DNA of 64,000 nt from NCBI GenBank assembly GCA_025361625.1, contig JANYKL010000017.1:10033-74032 (forward strand). Direction: 5' to 3'. Every line of letters begins with the position of its first letter. Within the stretch, counting starts at the first letter, position 1. The translations under genes and the position numbers were made by a program. Below are positions 44,663 to 54,859 of this stretch, piece after piece. The DNA comes from Acidobacteriaceae bacterium (GTDB taxonomy: Bacteria > Acidobacteriota > Terriglobia > Terriglobales > Acidobacteriaceae). The notes beneath the pieces are model-generated. The model was not told where the DNA came from, searched no databases, and saw only the letters and a program-made list of their open reading frames with translations.

Positions 44663-45841
44663 ATGAACGCCTCTTCCGTCCATACCGCAGTGTTGAAAGA
44701 TTCCGGAGCCAGCTCCGATTCCCCAGAGTCGCGCCAATATAACCGCACCAAGCGATGGCTGGGAGTCGCCGACGTCACCGTAGGATTTGGCGTTCTCGCT
44801 GTCTTACTGGCCACAGGCTGGTCGGGTACCATGCGCGATCTGGCAGAGAGGGGAGCATCGCAAAATTATCCTGTCGCGGTTTTTCTTTACGTTGCGATGC
44901 TGATGTTGATCAGCAAAGCGATCGGCCTTCCGCTTGAGTTTTACGAATCTCGGCTCGAACACCGTTATGACCTCTCCAACCAAAACCTGGGCTCATGGCT
45001 GTGGGACGAACTCAAGGGATTTCTGATCGGCCTGATTGCGGCAACAGTCGTGGCCGAGCTGCTTTACACACTCATGCGTCATGCGCAGGAACATTGGTGG
45101 ATTTACGCCTGGGCGGTCTTTCTCGGCCTTATGATTTTGCTCGCGCAAGTCGCGCCGGTCGTGCTCTTCCCTATTTTCTACAAGTTCGAACCGCTCGAAA
45201 ACGAAGAACTGAAGCGCCGCCTCATCGTGTTGAGTGAACGCGCGGGAACGCGTGTGCGGGGTGTCTACAAGTGGCATCTCTCCGAAAAAAGCAAGAAGGC
45301 AAACGCCGCGCTGACCGGTCTCGGAGCCACGCGCCGCATTATTCTGGCCGATACGCTGCTCGACAATTACTCCGACGATGAGATCGAAGCGGTGCTGGCC
45401 CACGAACTCGGTCACCATGTGCACCGTCACATCCTGAAGAGCATTATGATGCAGGCCGCAATCACTCTTCTAGGATTCTTCCTCGCCAACGAAGTGCTGC
45501 GCTATGCGGTCGAGCGCCGAAACATGTTCGAGACGATATCCGACTTTGCCAACTTGCCGCTCCTGATTCTGGTTTCCACGGTTCTTTCTCTGGTGCTGAT
45601 GCCATTGCTCAACGCATACTCGCGTTTCAACGAGCGGCAAGCGGACCGCTATTGCTTCCAATCCGTCGCAACCGTGGAACCGTTCATAACGTCGATGAAC
45701 AAGTTGGCGCAGCAAAATCTTTCGGAGAAAAGTCCATCCCCTTGGGTGGAGTGGCTGCTTCATTCCCACCCCGCCGTCACCAAGCGAGTCTCAGCCGCGG
45801 AGCAGTGGGCCAAATCCGAACGTGAATTTGCCGGGCGTTAG
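44663..45841 (+). CDS. M48 family (Ste24/HtpX-like) membrane zinc metalloprotease
   Basis: HELGHH (HExxH) in the context AVLAHELGHHVHRH. Multiple TM helices. C-terminal HPAVTKR. Confidence 0.85.
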   Translation: MNASSVHTAVLKDSGASSDSPESRQYNRTKRWLGVADVTVGFGVLAVLLATGWSGTMRDLAERGASQNYPVAVFLYVAMLMLISKAIGLPLEFYESRLEHRYDLSNQNLGSWLWDELKGFLIGLIAATVVAELLYTLMRHAQEHWWIYAWAVFLGLMILLAQVAPVVLFPIFYKFEPLENEELKRRLIVLSERAGTRVRGVYKWHLSEKSKKANAALTGLGATRRIILADTLLDNYSDDEIEAVLAHELGHHVHRHILKSIMMQAAITLLGFFLANEVLRYAVERRNMFETISDFANLPLLILVSTVLSLVLMPLLNAYSRFNERQADRYCFQSVATVEPFITSMNKLAQQNLSEKSPSPWVEWLLHSHPAVTKRVSAAEQWAKSEREFAGR

Positions 45842-45847
45842 TTCGAA

Positions 45848-46582
45848 TTACGAATTTTGATTCAAAATTTCTTCCACTCGCTGCACATCTTCCTCCGTAT
45901 CGACGCCCACCGTATCGAACGGTGTCTCGCCGACGTGGATGGCCACTCCATGATCCAGAAACCGCAACTGCTCGAGGCGCTCTGTCCGCTCGAGCGCGGA
46001 CTCAGGCCATGCCACGAATTTATCCAAGGCGTCTTTGCGATACCCATAAAATCCCAGATGCTTGAAGTATTGCGCCCCGATGCCATCGCGATCATGGGGA
46101 ATCGTCGCTCGCGAAAAATAAAGCGCCCGTCCCGACATGTCGGTCACTACTTTCACGGCGCTCGCGTTTCTAACATCTAACTCCGCCGCCGGAGTCATCA
46201 GCGTCCCCACTTCAACCGAGGCGCCTTGCATCACCGCGATCAGCGAATGAATGTGTTCAGGGCGGGTGAGCGGTTCATCGCCTTGCACGTTCAAATAAAT
46301 ATCCGCGAGAACTGACTCCGAAATTTCGTGGACTCGTTCCGTGCCCGATTTATGCGCCGACGAGGTCATGCGGACAGTGAAGCCCTGCTCGTGGCAAAAT
46401 CGCGTGATCTCATCGGAGTCGGTCGCGACGATGACCTGATCGAGCGCGGAGCATTGCTGCACTCCCTTGTAAACCCGAGCCAGCAGCGGCACTCCGGCAA
46501 TCTCACGCAGCATCTTCCGCGGCAAGCGTGTCGAGGCGAGCCGCGCTGGAATCACTGCAATCACTTTCATCCGCTCACTCAT
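45848..46582 (-). CDS. kdsB: 3-deoxy-manno-octulosonate cytidylyltransferase
   Basis: VIAVIPARLASTRLPRKML, VIVATD and NVQGDEP. Convergent with the M48 gene, with a 6-nt gap. Confidence 0.92.
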   Translation of the reverse strand: MSERMKVIAVIPARLASTRLPRKMLREIAGVPLLARVYKGVQQCSALDQVIVATDSDEITRFCHEQGFTVRMTSSAHKSGTERVHEISESVLADIYLNVQGDEPLTRPEHIHSLIAVMQGASVEVGTLMTPAAELDVRNASAVKVVTDMSGRALYFSRATIPHDRDGIGAQYFKHLGFYGYRKDALDKFVAWPESALERTERLEQLRFLDHGVAIHVGETPFDTVGVDTEEDVQRVEEILNQNS

Positions 46583-46744
46583 GCGAATTCATCGGTAAAG
46601 TGTCGCACCGGACAGCCCTTGATGCAAAGCAAGGCAGTTTGACACTCAGTTCCAGCCACTCATAAAATGCTGTAGGGACTTGCTTACCCGCGTCGGCGGG
46701 CCCAATCCAGAGTGTCCCTGATTTCCCTCGAGTATTTCAAAGTT

Positions 46745-46821
46745 GGCGGCGTAGCTCAGGTGGCTAGAGCGACGGTCTCATAATCCGTAGGTCGTAGGTT
46801 CGAGTCCTACCGCCGCCACCA
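46745..46821 (+). tRNA. tRNA-Met (anticodon CAT), elongator type; tRNA-Ile2 (lysidine) not excluded
   Basis: Hand-folded cloverleaf: GGCGGCG/TA/GCTC-AGGTGGCTA-GAGC/G/ACGGT-CTCATAA-TCCGT/AGGTC/GTAGG-TTCGAGT-CCTAC/CGCCGCC/A/CCA. 77 nt with encoded CCA. The G1-C72 pair argues against an initiator. Confidence 0.9.
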
Positions 46822-46883
46822 GTAAAATAATTAATCAGATGGGATATCTGAAAACCGTTTCCGAAACCCTCTGACATAAACAT

Positions 46884-47834
46884 ATGACCGAACTGAAGGA
46901 CAAGATTCAGACTGGGCTTGATGAGAGCCGGATGCTGGTCCTCGGGGCGCAAATTCTCATTGGGTTTGCGTTTAGCGCCACTTTCCAAGCTGCCTTTCCT
47001 TCACTTTCGCGATGGTGCCAAAATCTTAATTTATTGGCTCTGACGCTGATGCTCGCGACCATTTGCTTACTTATCTCCTCCACGGTATTTCACCAGCTAA
47101 CCGAAAACGGAAATGACAGCGTTCGTCTGCAGAGATATACCACGCATATTATGGAAAGTGCCCTGGCCCTGTTCTCCCTGGGTATTGGAGCGGATTTCTA
47201 CGTCTCAGCGGAGGCAACCGTTGGGAACGTTAGTGCGGCAGTTCTGGCACTTGCGATGACAGCGGCGGCACTCACGTTTTGGTACGGCCCGTTCCTGTTA
47301 GTCAGGGCACAAAAGTCTAGAGCGAAGCGAACAGTGAACACTATGACCGAAGAACCGGCACCAACGACTCCCCTTCATGACAAGATTCGCCACGTTCTGA
47401 CCGAAGCCCGGGTGATCCTGCCAGGGAATCAAGCTCTTCTGGGTTTCCAGTTCGCCGTTACACTCCAGGAAGGATTTCGGCAGTTGCCGTACGCCTTGAA
47501 GCTCATACATCTCGTGAGTCTTTCACTCATTGCAATCAGCACAATCCTTCTTCTTACCCCTGCCCCTTACCACCGCATCGTCGAACGAGGTGAAGAGACA
47601 GAACGCTTCTACCGGGTAGCAAGCAAGTTAGTTCTTATCGCTTTGCCACCGATGGCATTGGGCATTTCAGGGGATTTTTTCGTCGTCATGTACAAAATGT
47701 CTAACCAGTATCAATTCTCGGGGGTCGCTTCCTTGCTTATGCTTTGTCTGTTTTCTGGAACCTGGTTCGGGTACACCTTTTTTCGCAAGTATCACCCGTC
47801 ACCTGTGAAGGCGGCGTCAGGCGCGACGCGATGA
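46884..47834 (+). CDS. polytopic membrane protein made of two tandem DUF6328-like halves
   Basis: Internal duplication: DKIQTGLDESRMLVLGAQILIGFAFSATFQAAF... versus DKIRHVLTEARVILPGNQALLGFQFAVTLQEGF.... Each half is followed by 2-3 TM helices and GI(G/S)(A/G)DF(Y/F)V. The family name is from memory. Confidence 0.55.
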   Translation: MTELKDKIQTGLDESRMLVLGAQILIGFAFSATFQAAFPSLSRWCQNLNLLALTLMLATICLLISSTVFHQLTENGNDSVRLQRYTTHIMESALALFSLGIGADFYVSAEATVGNVSAAVLALAMTAAALTFWYGPFLLVRAQKSRAKRTVNTMTEEPAPTTPLHDKIRHVLTEARVILPGNQALLGFQFAVTLQEGFRQLPYALKLIHLVSLSLIAISTILLLTPAPYHRIVERGEETERFYRVASKLVLIALPPMALGISGDFFVVMYKMSNQYQFSGVASLLMLCLFSGTWFGYTFFRKYHPSPVKAASGATR

Positions 47835-48898
47835 GTATTCAATCAGCAACGAAGAGCTACGAAGGCTGGATGCGAAGATGCATACCCGTGGTCGAAGCGG
47901 ATCTTAGGGCCAAGCACCGGGCAATGAAAAAAGATCCCTATTATTTTTTGCGTGGCACTTTTTATTGGTGGATCCAAGTTTGGCCTGAAATCTGTCCAGA
48001 ACTCTCACGGGCACCAAAAGTTCTCGCATCAGGCGATCTGCATGTTGGGAGCTTTGGCACGTGGAGAGATTCGGAAGGTCGTTTGTGCTGGGGAGTGGAC
48101 GATTTCGACGAGGCATCCCCGCTGCCGTATACGAATGATCTGGTTCGTCTGGCGACTAGCGTGAAAATCGTGAGAGATGCGGGAAAGCTGACGGTTAAAT
48201 TGAAAGACGCTTGCGAAGCCATCCTAGAAGGTTACGCAGAATGCCTAAAGGGAGGCGGGCATCCACTGGTTCTGGCAGAGCACGAGCAGAATTTACAGCG
48301 CCTCGGAATCGAAGCATTCAAACCACCTCAAGATTTTTGGGAAAAGCTACACGAGTTGCGAAGCGCCGGAAAACTGCCACCCGGTCTAAGAGAAGTGATC
48401 GAGAAATCGTTGCCACCCAAAGCACAATATAACGTGGTACGGAGAACCGCGGGAATGGGGAGTCGCGGACAACAGCGATTCGTGGCTATCGCCGATTGGC
48501 AGGGCGGCTGCATTGCTCGAGAAACAAAAGCTATGGTTCCATCGTCTTGTCAGTGGCTAACCGGGGCCACCGGGAAGGGGCAAAGTTATTACGAGCAGAT
48601 CATCTCGGGTGCTGTGCGGTCACGCGATCCATTTCAGAAAATAGTAGGGACATGGTTGATCCGAAGGCTCTCGCCTGACTCCAACCCCATTGACATTGAC
48701 GAACTGCCTAAGAAAAGGGATGAGGAGCTTCTCATAAAAGCGATGGGTTGTGAGGCCGCAAACGTGCATTTGGGGAGTAAGAACCAAATAAGGAACGTTT
48801 TGAAAGATTTGAGCCGAAGAAAGTCTGGCTGGCTTCGCTCCGCTGCAAGAGAAATGGCCACGGCGGTGGAACGAGAATGGAAGAACTATAGCAGTTGA
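47831..48898 (+). CDS. DUF2252 family protein (kinase-like fold)
   Basis: DPYYFLRGTFYWW, SGDLHVGSFGTW and WGVDDFDEASPLPYTNDLVRLATS match my memory of the DUF2252 signatures (GDxHxxNFG, DxNDFDE). ATGA start/stop overlap at 47831. Confidence 0.65.
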   Translation: MSIQSATKSYEGWMRRCIPVVEADLRAKHRAMKKDPYYFLRGTFYWWIQVWPEICPELSRAPKVLASGDLHVGSFGTWRDSEGRLCWGVDDFDEASPLPYTNDLVRLATSVKIVRDAGKLTVKLKDACEAILEGYAECLKGGGHPLVLAEHEQNLQRLGIEAFKPPQDFWEKLHELRSAGKLPPGLREVIEKSLPPKAQYNVVRRTAGMGSRGQQRFVAIADWQGGCIARETKAMVPSSCQWLTGATGKGQSYYEQIISGAVRSRDPFQKIVGTWLIRRLSPDSNPIDIDELPKKRDEELLIKAMGCEAANVHLGSKNQIRNVLKDLSRRKSGWLRSAAREMATAVEREWKNYSS

Positions 48899-49242
48899 CC
48901 TCCGGACCTCGCCCTTTCCGACTCCGCTTCCAATCCCGCGCCCTGCTACGACTGCTTCACCAAGTGTAACTCCATCCCGTGTACTGCTTGTAGCTTCTCG
49001 TGAAAATGCTCCCTCTTCGCCATAGCGCTCCGGCCGGCGACGATGTTCTGGCCGCTTATGCCTGGAATGTTCGCCGCGTGGAAAGCGGATATATCACTTG
49101 CTATCTCAGTCGGACATATATGTCACGGACAGCACCGAAACTTATCCTTGACAGACTTTGCAGTTAGCAGGAGACTATGTCGGCTTGTAAGTAGTTAGTC
49201 GACTGTTGCTCTTCGTCGCTTCGTCACTGTCGAGGTTTCTCT

Positions 49243-52200
49243 ATGTTCTCTGGCCGCCTGCAATTCATTGCCCTAGTACTGTTCACTGCCGCCTTTACCC
49301 AAGCCCAGGACCCCTCACCCTTAAACCAAGATTCGCATGTCCCAGGCCCGAGAGCTCAAGGAAGGGGCAGCTTGCACGAGGAGCAATATGGAGAGTTGCC
49401 ACTGACTTTCGAGCCAAACGAAGGGCAAGCGCCTGCCGATGCGCGCTTTGTGGCCCGGGCGCGAGGAGCCAGTGTGCTCTTGCAGGATCACGGGGCGACC
49501 CTGGTTACAACCGGACGGAGAGAAGATGGGAGCGAGCAGCAAACGATGCTGCGGATGAGCCTGGCAGGAGGCAAGTGGGCGCAGTCGCCGGTGGCTCGCG
49601 AACAGCAAGAGGGAACCACCAACTATCTGGTCGGCAATGATCCTACGAATTGGCATGCTGGCATCGCGAATTTCGGCCAAGTGCTGTATGAGGGAGTTTA
49701 CCCCGGCATCGATCTTGTTTTTTATGGGAACCACCGTCGCCTGGAGCATGATTTTCGGGTGGCGATGGGCGCGGACTACCGGCAGATACGAGTCAGGGTG
49801 GACGGAGCCAAAAGCCTGGTCACTACTGCTGAGGGAGCCCTTGAGGTGCGGACCGAGGGCGCTACGCTAAGGTTCGAGCCTCCTGCGGTCTATCAGACAA
49901 AAGGGAGGGAAAGAGTTACCGTCGAGGGCCGATATCTCGTCCTTGGCCAGAATGAGTTCGGGTTTGAGCTTGGGACATACGACAAAGAAATACCGATCGT
50001 AATCGATCCCGTGTTGAGCTACTCAACTTATTTGGCAGGCTCTAACAGTGATTTGGGAGCGGCGATCGCAGTCGATCAGAACGGGTCCGCTTATATCACG
50101 GGCTATACCAATTCGACCGACTTTCCGGCGAAGGGAACAGCGCCTGGAACCTGTGGAGGCAACTGCAACATCAGCAACGTGTTCGTTACGAAACTCAATG
50201 CAAAGGGCACGGCACTCGTTTACTCCACGATTGTGGGCGGATCGGGAAGTGACCAGGCGACGGCGATCGCAATCGACGCGTACGGCAATGCGGTGGTGAC
50301 TGGGACGACGAGTTCTGTTGACTTCCCGCAGAAAAACGGGACAACGGTCGTGATGTCTACCTACAATTCGCACGGCTTCGTTTTTTCACTTACCCCATCG
50401 GGCACGGGCTTTCACTACGCGACATATCTTGGGGGCGACGGGCAGGATACGGGCACTGGTGTCGCGCTGGACAGCGCAGGCAATGCCTATGTCTCGGGAA
50501 TTACGAGCTCGACGAATTTTCCGGTGACTGCCGGGCACCAGATTGGCACGCCCCCTGCCAATTACTACGGCAACGATATCTTCGTGGTGAAACTTGCGAA
50601 GCTTGGGCATCTGCAATATGCCACGTTGATCGGCGGAAACGGATCCGGCAATCCATATCTAAACTACTACCCGTCCTACTCTGTCATCTCGGTAGGCGTT
50701 GACTTAAATGGAGAGGCAACTGTTGGCGGAGCTGCGTACTCCGGCTTGATCACGACAGTGGGCGCATATCAGTCAAGTTACCCGAATAAAATTTCAGCAC
50801 CGAGCGGATTTCTACAGAAGCTGGACGCTACAGGAGCTACGCTTCTCTATGGCACTTATTTCGGAGGCACGGAGGGGCAAGACTACATTTCACAGATACT
50901 CGTCGATTCGCTCGGGTATACCTATGCAACGGGAACGGCGGGAAGCGTTGACTTTCCCACTACGCCGGGAGCCTACCAAACCGCAAATGCAGGGACACAG
51001 TCCATCGCATTTGTGACGAAAATGGATCCTTCGCTCTCCACCCTGGAGTTTTCAACTCTGCTCGGTGGAAGCAAGAGCATGGCGTGGCAGGGCTCTTCAA
51101 ACGGGATGGCGCTCGCATTGGACAGCAACAATGACGTGATGGTCGCTGGCAGCACCACTCAGACGGACTTTCCGCTGGTAAGTCCGCTAGTGACAGAGCT
51201 GCCGTTTTCGCAGTTTTTCCCGACGGCGACGGCTTTTGTGTCTGTGCTGAATCCTAGCGGCAGCGGTCTCACATATTCCACGCTTTTTGGTGGATCTACC
51301 GGGGCTGTAGCGAGCGGAGTGGCGGCGGACTTGAATGGCGACGCTTACATTGCGGGCACCACCCAGGATACGGATCTGCCCACTACCCCTGGTGCCTTTC
51401 AGTCGAAGCTGTCGACTACAGGTTATCAGCAGCACGCTTTCGCGACGAAATTTTCATTGTCGCAAGCGAATACGTCAGCCTGTTTCTCGACCAATTCTTT
51501 GTACTTTACATCAATCGATGGGGCGGTTTCTTATCCACAGACGCTGGCTATCACCAACTGTGGGACCCTCCCATTGACGATCAGCGGCGTTGTGAACAGT
51601 AATCCGGCCTTCACGGGGGACCTGACCACCTGCAAGACGATCGCGCCGACCAAGACTTGCAACATGACAATGCGCTACGCGCCGCTGGCGGGAAGTAGTT
51701 ACGACTCCGGGACATTGACCTTTCAGGATAACGCGCCTTTATCGACTCAAATCGTGGAATTGTCGGCCAATGTATTCCGACCCGACATCGACATCTACTC
51801 GTATTACGCGCTAAATTTTGGCGACGTGCCCGTTGGTGTGACGGGCCTCCCTGTGACGTACCAGATCTACACTACCCAAGGATGGCCACTGCACATCACC
51901 GGGGTGCAGACTACCGGGCCCTTCGCCGCATCGACGAATTGCCCGAAGGCATTGTCCGTCAATCAATACTGCACGCTTTCCCTCACTTTTACACCGACGG
52001 CGTCGGGCGCGGCTTCGGGAACCGTCCTTGTCTATGACGACGCGCCCAACAGTCCGCAGAGCATGACGCTATCGGGAAATGGGCTCGCGAGCTACCCAAC
52101 CCCAGTGCTTCAATATATTTATCCCGGAGCGGTCACGGTTGGATCAGCAGGGATGAAGATGCAAGTACAGGGATCGGGACTTTATCCGGCGACGACTCTG

Positions 52201-53571
52201 TTGATTAACGGCAAACCATACACGGGCACCGTTCATGCATATAACTATGGACTGCAGTTCACGTTGGGGTCGGGCAGTTTTTCGAAAATAGGGGCGATTT
52301 CGATTCAAGCCGTAAATCCTGCGCCGGGTGGAACTTCCGCCCCCGTTAACTCGACGGTCTACAAGAGCACGACGCTTGGGGCGGCCGACGTCATCTATGA
52401 GCCCTTCACGCAGCAGTTCTATGCGACGATGCCCGCCGCCGGCGCCAACGATCCCAATACGCTTGTTACCATCGATCCGAACACGGGAATAATGGGGACG
52501 CCTATCGCGATCGGGAACGATCCAGCAGCGCTGGGCGTCTCGGATGACGGGACTCAGTTGTATGTGGGATTAAACGGAGACCATGCAATAGTACCCTTTG
52601 ATGTGGCAAGCCAGACTGCCGGGAATGAGATCGTGCTCCCGACTGACCCGCAAAGCGGACCGCAGGATGCGCTGGACATTCAGACTCAGCCAGGTGTTCC
52701 CGGCAATGCCGTGGTCACCATCGGAATCCCGTCCCCTTATTACAATGCCTACGGCGGCCTCACGCTTCTGTCTGGCGGGCGGTTTACATCGACGTTCTTC
52801 GATCAGCAGCCTAATAACACATCTGTGGGGGGTACTCGTTTCTTCGGTAAGACTAATGTGTACGGATGGAGCAACTCCTATCTGGGCACTGGGATGCTTC
52901 ACTTCGAGGTCAGCAATAACCAACTGCTGGAAACGGCGGGATTCGGGGGCCCCTATAACCTGGGACCTTACGCCACGGACGGAACCAACCTGTTCGACAC
53001 CAACGGGCAAGTCTTCAGTCCCACGGGAAATATTATGGCGACCTTGAACCTTAACAGCAACGTACAAGGCGCGATGTATGACGCCAGTTCGAGACGCATC
53101 TTGTATTCCGGCTACGGAATTTCTGCGGTTGATCCAAAGAGTTTCACATCGTTGGGTTTTACCCAAGCGCCCCAGGCCAGCAATTCACGCCTTATGAAAT
53201 GGGGACCGGATGGACTGGCGTACCTGGCTCAAAACCAGAATGGCGGTTATGACCTCGTCCAGGTGCGGAGCAACTTCTTCTATTCGTCGTCCGGACCCAA
53301 CGCCGCCCCCACGCTGTCATCGATCAGTCCGTCGACCGTCAGCGCGAAAGGAAAAAACTTCGTTCTCAAGGTGTCCGGCAGTGGTTTTGTATCGGGAGCG
53401 GTGGCGCAGTGGAATGGACACAACCGCACCACCGTCGTAGTGAACTCGGGCACGCTGACGGTTGACATACCCTTCAGCGACATTGCGTCGGCTGGTACGG
53501 CGACGGTGACGGTGACGAACCCCGCGCCTGGTGGCGGCAGATCCAATGGACGCAGCGTCGTGATCCAATAG
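49243..53571 (+). CDS. giant secreted SBBP-repeat beta-propeller / Ig-like (IPT/TIG) domain protein
   Basis: Signal peptide. At least 8 repeats of the type YSTYLGG.G.D.G.(A/G)IA(V/L)D..GNAY(I/V)TG.T.S.DFP. Mid-region Ig-like modules follow. Two IPT-like modules end NPAPGG(T/G)(S/R). 1442 aa. Confidence 0.8.
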   Translation: MFSGRLQFIALVLFTAAFTQAQDPSPLNQDSHVPGPRAQGRGSLHEEQYGELPLTFEPNEGQAPADARFVARARGASVLLQDHGATLVTTGRREDGSEQQTMLRMSLAGGKWAQSPVAREQQEGTTNYLVGNDPTNWHAGIANFGQVLYEGVYPGIDLVFYGNHRRLEHDFRVAMGADYRQIRVRVDGAKSLVTTAEGALEVRTEGATLRFEPPAVYQTKGRERVTVEGRYLVLGQNEFGFELGTYDKEIPIVIDPVLSYSTYLAGSNSDLGAAIAVDQNGSAYITGYTNSTDFPAKGTAPGTCGGNCNISNVFVTKLNAKGTALVYSTIVGGSGSDQATAIAIDAYGNAVVTGTTSSVDFPQKNGTTVVMSTYNSHGFVFSLTPSGTGFHYATYLGGDGQDTGTGVALDSAGNAYVSGITSSTNFPVTAGHQIGTPPANYYGNDIFVVKLAKLGHLQYATLIGGNGSGNPYLNYYPSYSVISVGVDLNGEATVGGAAYSGLITTVGAYQSSYPNKISAPSGFLQKLDATGATLLYGTYFGGTEGQDYISQILVDSLGYTYATGTAGSVDFPTTPGAYQTANAGTQSIAFVTKMDPSLSTLEFSTLLGGSKSMAWQGSSNGMALALDSNNDVMVAGSTTQTDFPLVSPLVTELPFSQFFPTATAFVSVLNPSGSGLTYSTLFGGSTGAVASGVAADLNGDAYIAGTTQDTDLPTTPGAFQSKLSTTGYQQHAFATKFSLSQANTSACFSTNSLYFTSIDGAVSYPQTLAITNCGTLPLTISGVVNSNPAFTGDLTTCKTIAPTKTCNMTMRYAPLAGSSYDSGTLTFQDNAPLSTQIVELSANVFRPDIDIYSYYALNFGDVPVGVTGLPVTYQIYTTQGWPLHITGVQTTGPFAASTNCPKALSVNQYCTLSLTFTPTASGAASGTVLVYDDAPNSPQSMTLSGNGLASYPTPVLQYIYPGAVTVGSAGMKMQVQGSGLYPATTLLINGKPYTGTVHAYNYGLQFTLGSGSFSKIGAISIQAVNPAPGGTSAPVNSTVYKSTTLGAADVIYEPFTQQFYATMPAAGANDPNTLVTIDPNTGIMGTPIAIGNDPAALGVSDDGTQLYVGLNGDHAIVPFDVASQTAGNEIVLPTDPQSGPQDALDIQTQPGVPGNAVVTIGIPSPYYNAYGGLTLLSGGRFTSTFFDQQPNNTSVGGTRFFGKTNVYGWSNSYLGTGMLHFEVSNNQLLETAGFGGPYNLGPYATDGTNLFDTNGQVFSPTGNIMATLNLNSNVQGAMYDASSRRILYSGYGISAVDPKSFTSLGFTQAPQASNSRLMKWGPDGLAYLAQNQNGGYDLVQVRSNFFYSSSGPNAAPTLSSISPSTVSAKGKNFVLKVSGSGFVSGAVAQWNGHNRTTVVVNSGTLTVDIPFSDIASAGTATVTVTNPAPGGGRSNGRSVVIQ

Positions 53572-53686
53572 CCACCCTCTTATCGCAGTATTAGTGGAGC
53601 GAGAAAACGCGGTGCCCCAGCTTAGGTCGTCATCTCAAGAGCTTCAATCTTGTGGTGATGCGAGAGCGTTGATGCGAGAGAAGAAC

Positions 53687-54130
53687 TCACTTCTTTGGCT
53701 TGAACGAAGGCTTGAAATCGAGCGACGCTGAGTTCATGCAGTAGCGCAGGCCTGCCGGTCCTGGACCATCCGGGAAAACGTGGCCTAAGTGGGCGTCACA
53801 GCGGGCGCAGCGGGCTTCTACTCGCTTCATGCCGTGTGTCGTGTCGGTGTGCTCGACAATGTTCTTACGATCTGCCGCGGCCGAGAAACTGGGCCATCCC
53901 GTGCCCGAATCGAATTTCGTCTCCGAACCAAATAGAAGGGCGCCACAGCACACGCAGTGGTACGTGCCATCGTCGTGCTGATTCCAGTATTTGCCGGTAA
54001 AGGCGCGCTCGGTGCCGCTTCCGCGCGCTACCTGATATTGCTCAGGGGTGAGTTGATGACGCCATTCGGCGTCGGTCTTGCTGACTTTTTCTGTGTTTTC
54101 GGCAGTGTTTTCTGAAAGCTTTTCGGTCAT
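53687..54130 (-). CDS. msrB: peptide-methionine (R)-S-oxide reductase
   Basis: [25 protein letters not shown] and [17 protein letters not shown], giving two CxxC zinc pairs plus a catalytic region. Confidence 0.93.
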   Translation of the reverse strand: MTEKLSENTAENTEKVSKTDAEWRHQLTPEQYQVARGSGTERAFTGKYWNQHDDGTYHCVCCGALLFGSETKFDSGTGWPSFSAAADRKNIVEHTDTTHGMKRVEARCARCDAHLGHVFPDGPGPAGLRYCMNSASLDFKPSFKPKK

Positions 54131-54208
54131 CTTGATTGTCTCCGCTCAGACAATAAGATGACTTGGCAGCCCGAAAGTTGCATGCTTGCGCGAAGGTGGA
54201 TGGTGGGA

Positions 54209-54859
54209 TCAGTGGGTTAGCGTCTGGTGGCTGCTCATCAGAAGGCCCATGCCGGCGCGCTTCTTCAACTCGAGGAGCAGAGCGTTAGCGGCGTTCAGGT
54301 AAGTCTTGTTGCTGTCGGAAGTATCGGACCAAACTGCATCATAAACAATCTGCGCGGCTTCCTTCGGATCCATATAGAACGCAGCTTCCATCCGGTCAAC
54401 CTGCTGCTTCGCGTCGCTGTAGCAACTATGGCACACGGCTGCAGGCTCGATGGAATCATCGTGCTGATGATCGAGAACGCAGCGAAAGGTAGCAACCGGA
54501 TCCATCTGGGTATGCGATGCAAACGCCTGATTCTTGAGTTCCTTCAAAAAGCGTTCGCGCTCCTCATCGAGCTGTGGGTTATCGACGGTCGCAAGCGCTT
54601 CCTCGACCGGCCCCATGCTGTGCATAACGGGCGCGGTCGGCGACACACGCTCGGAGGTTTTGCAGATCGGGCAAGAATTCATATCGGCTGGATAATAAGC
54701 GTGGCAGCGCAAGCAGGGTAGGCCATAGCCGGACGACCTTCTTTCTACGGTTGATTCGATTCTCGCAACCGGCAACTGAGAAGCACGGTGCTCTGATGCT
54801 GGTGCCGCAACCGAGTCCGCGGTCTTTTCAAAACCTTGCTTGGTACCGGTGCTCCCCAT
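54209..54859 (-). CDS. hypothetical protein with N-terminal zinc-ribbon (CxxC...CxxC)
   Basis: LPCLRCHAYYPADMNSCPICK. Further Cys/His cluster RCVLDHQHDD...VCHSCY. No recognisable family. Confidence 0.5.
   Translation of the reverse strand: MGSTGTKQGFEKTADSVAAPASEHRASQLPVARIESTVERRSSGYGLPCLRCHAYYPADMNSCPICKTSERVSPTAPVMHSMGPVEEALATVDNPQLDEERERFLKELKNQAFASHTQMDPVATFRCVLDHQHDDSIEPAAVCHSCYSDAKQQVDRMEAAFYMDPKEAAQIVYDAVWSDTSDSNKTYLNAANALLLELKKRAGMGLLMSSHQTLTH

Noticed and set aside
46745-46821. Initiator tRNA-fMet
   Set aside because: Positions 1 and 72 pair as G-C, whereas bacterial initiators have a 1:72 mismatch. The anticodon stem also lacks the three consecutive G-C pairs adjacent to the loop.
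48950-49100. Minus-strand mini-ORF of about 50 aa (VIYSAFHAANIPGISGQNIVAGRSAMAKREHFHEKLQAVHGMELHLVKQS) in the 340-nt gap before the SBBP gene
   Set aside because: It could be a gene remnant, but I recognise no family. It has no SD and only a GTG start, and it is too short to support.
46745-49242. tRNA-linked genomic island
   Set aside because: No integrase, recombinase or transposase follows the tRNA. I could not find a direct repeat of the tRNA 3' end downstream. Any compositional shift is too subtle to judge by eye.
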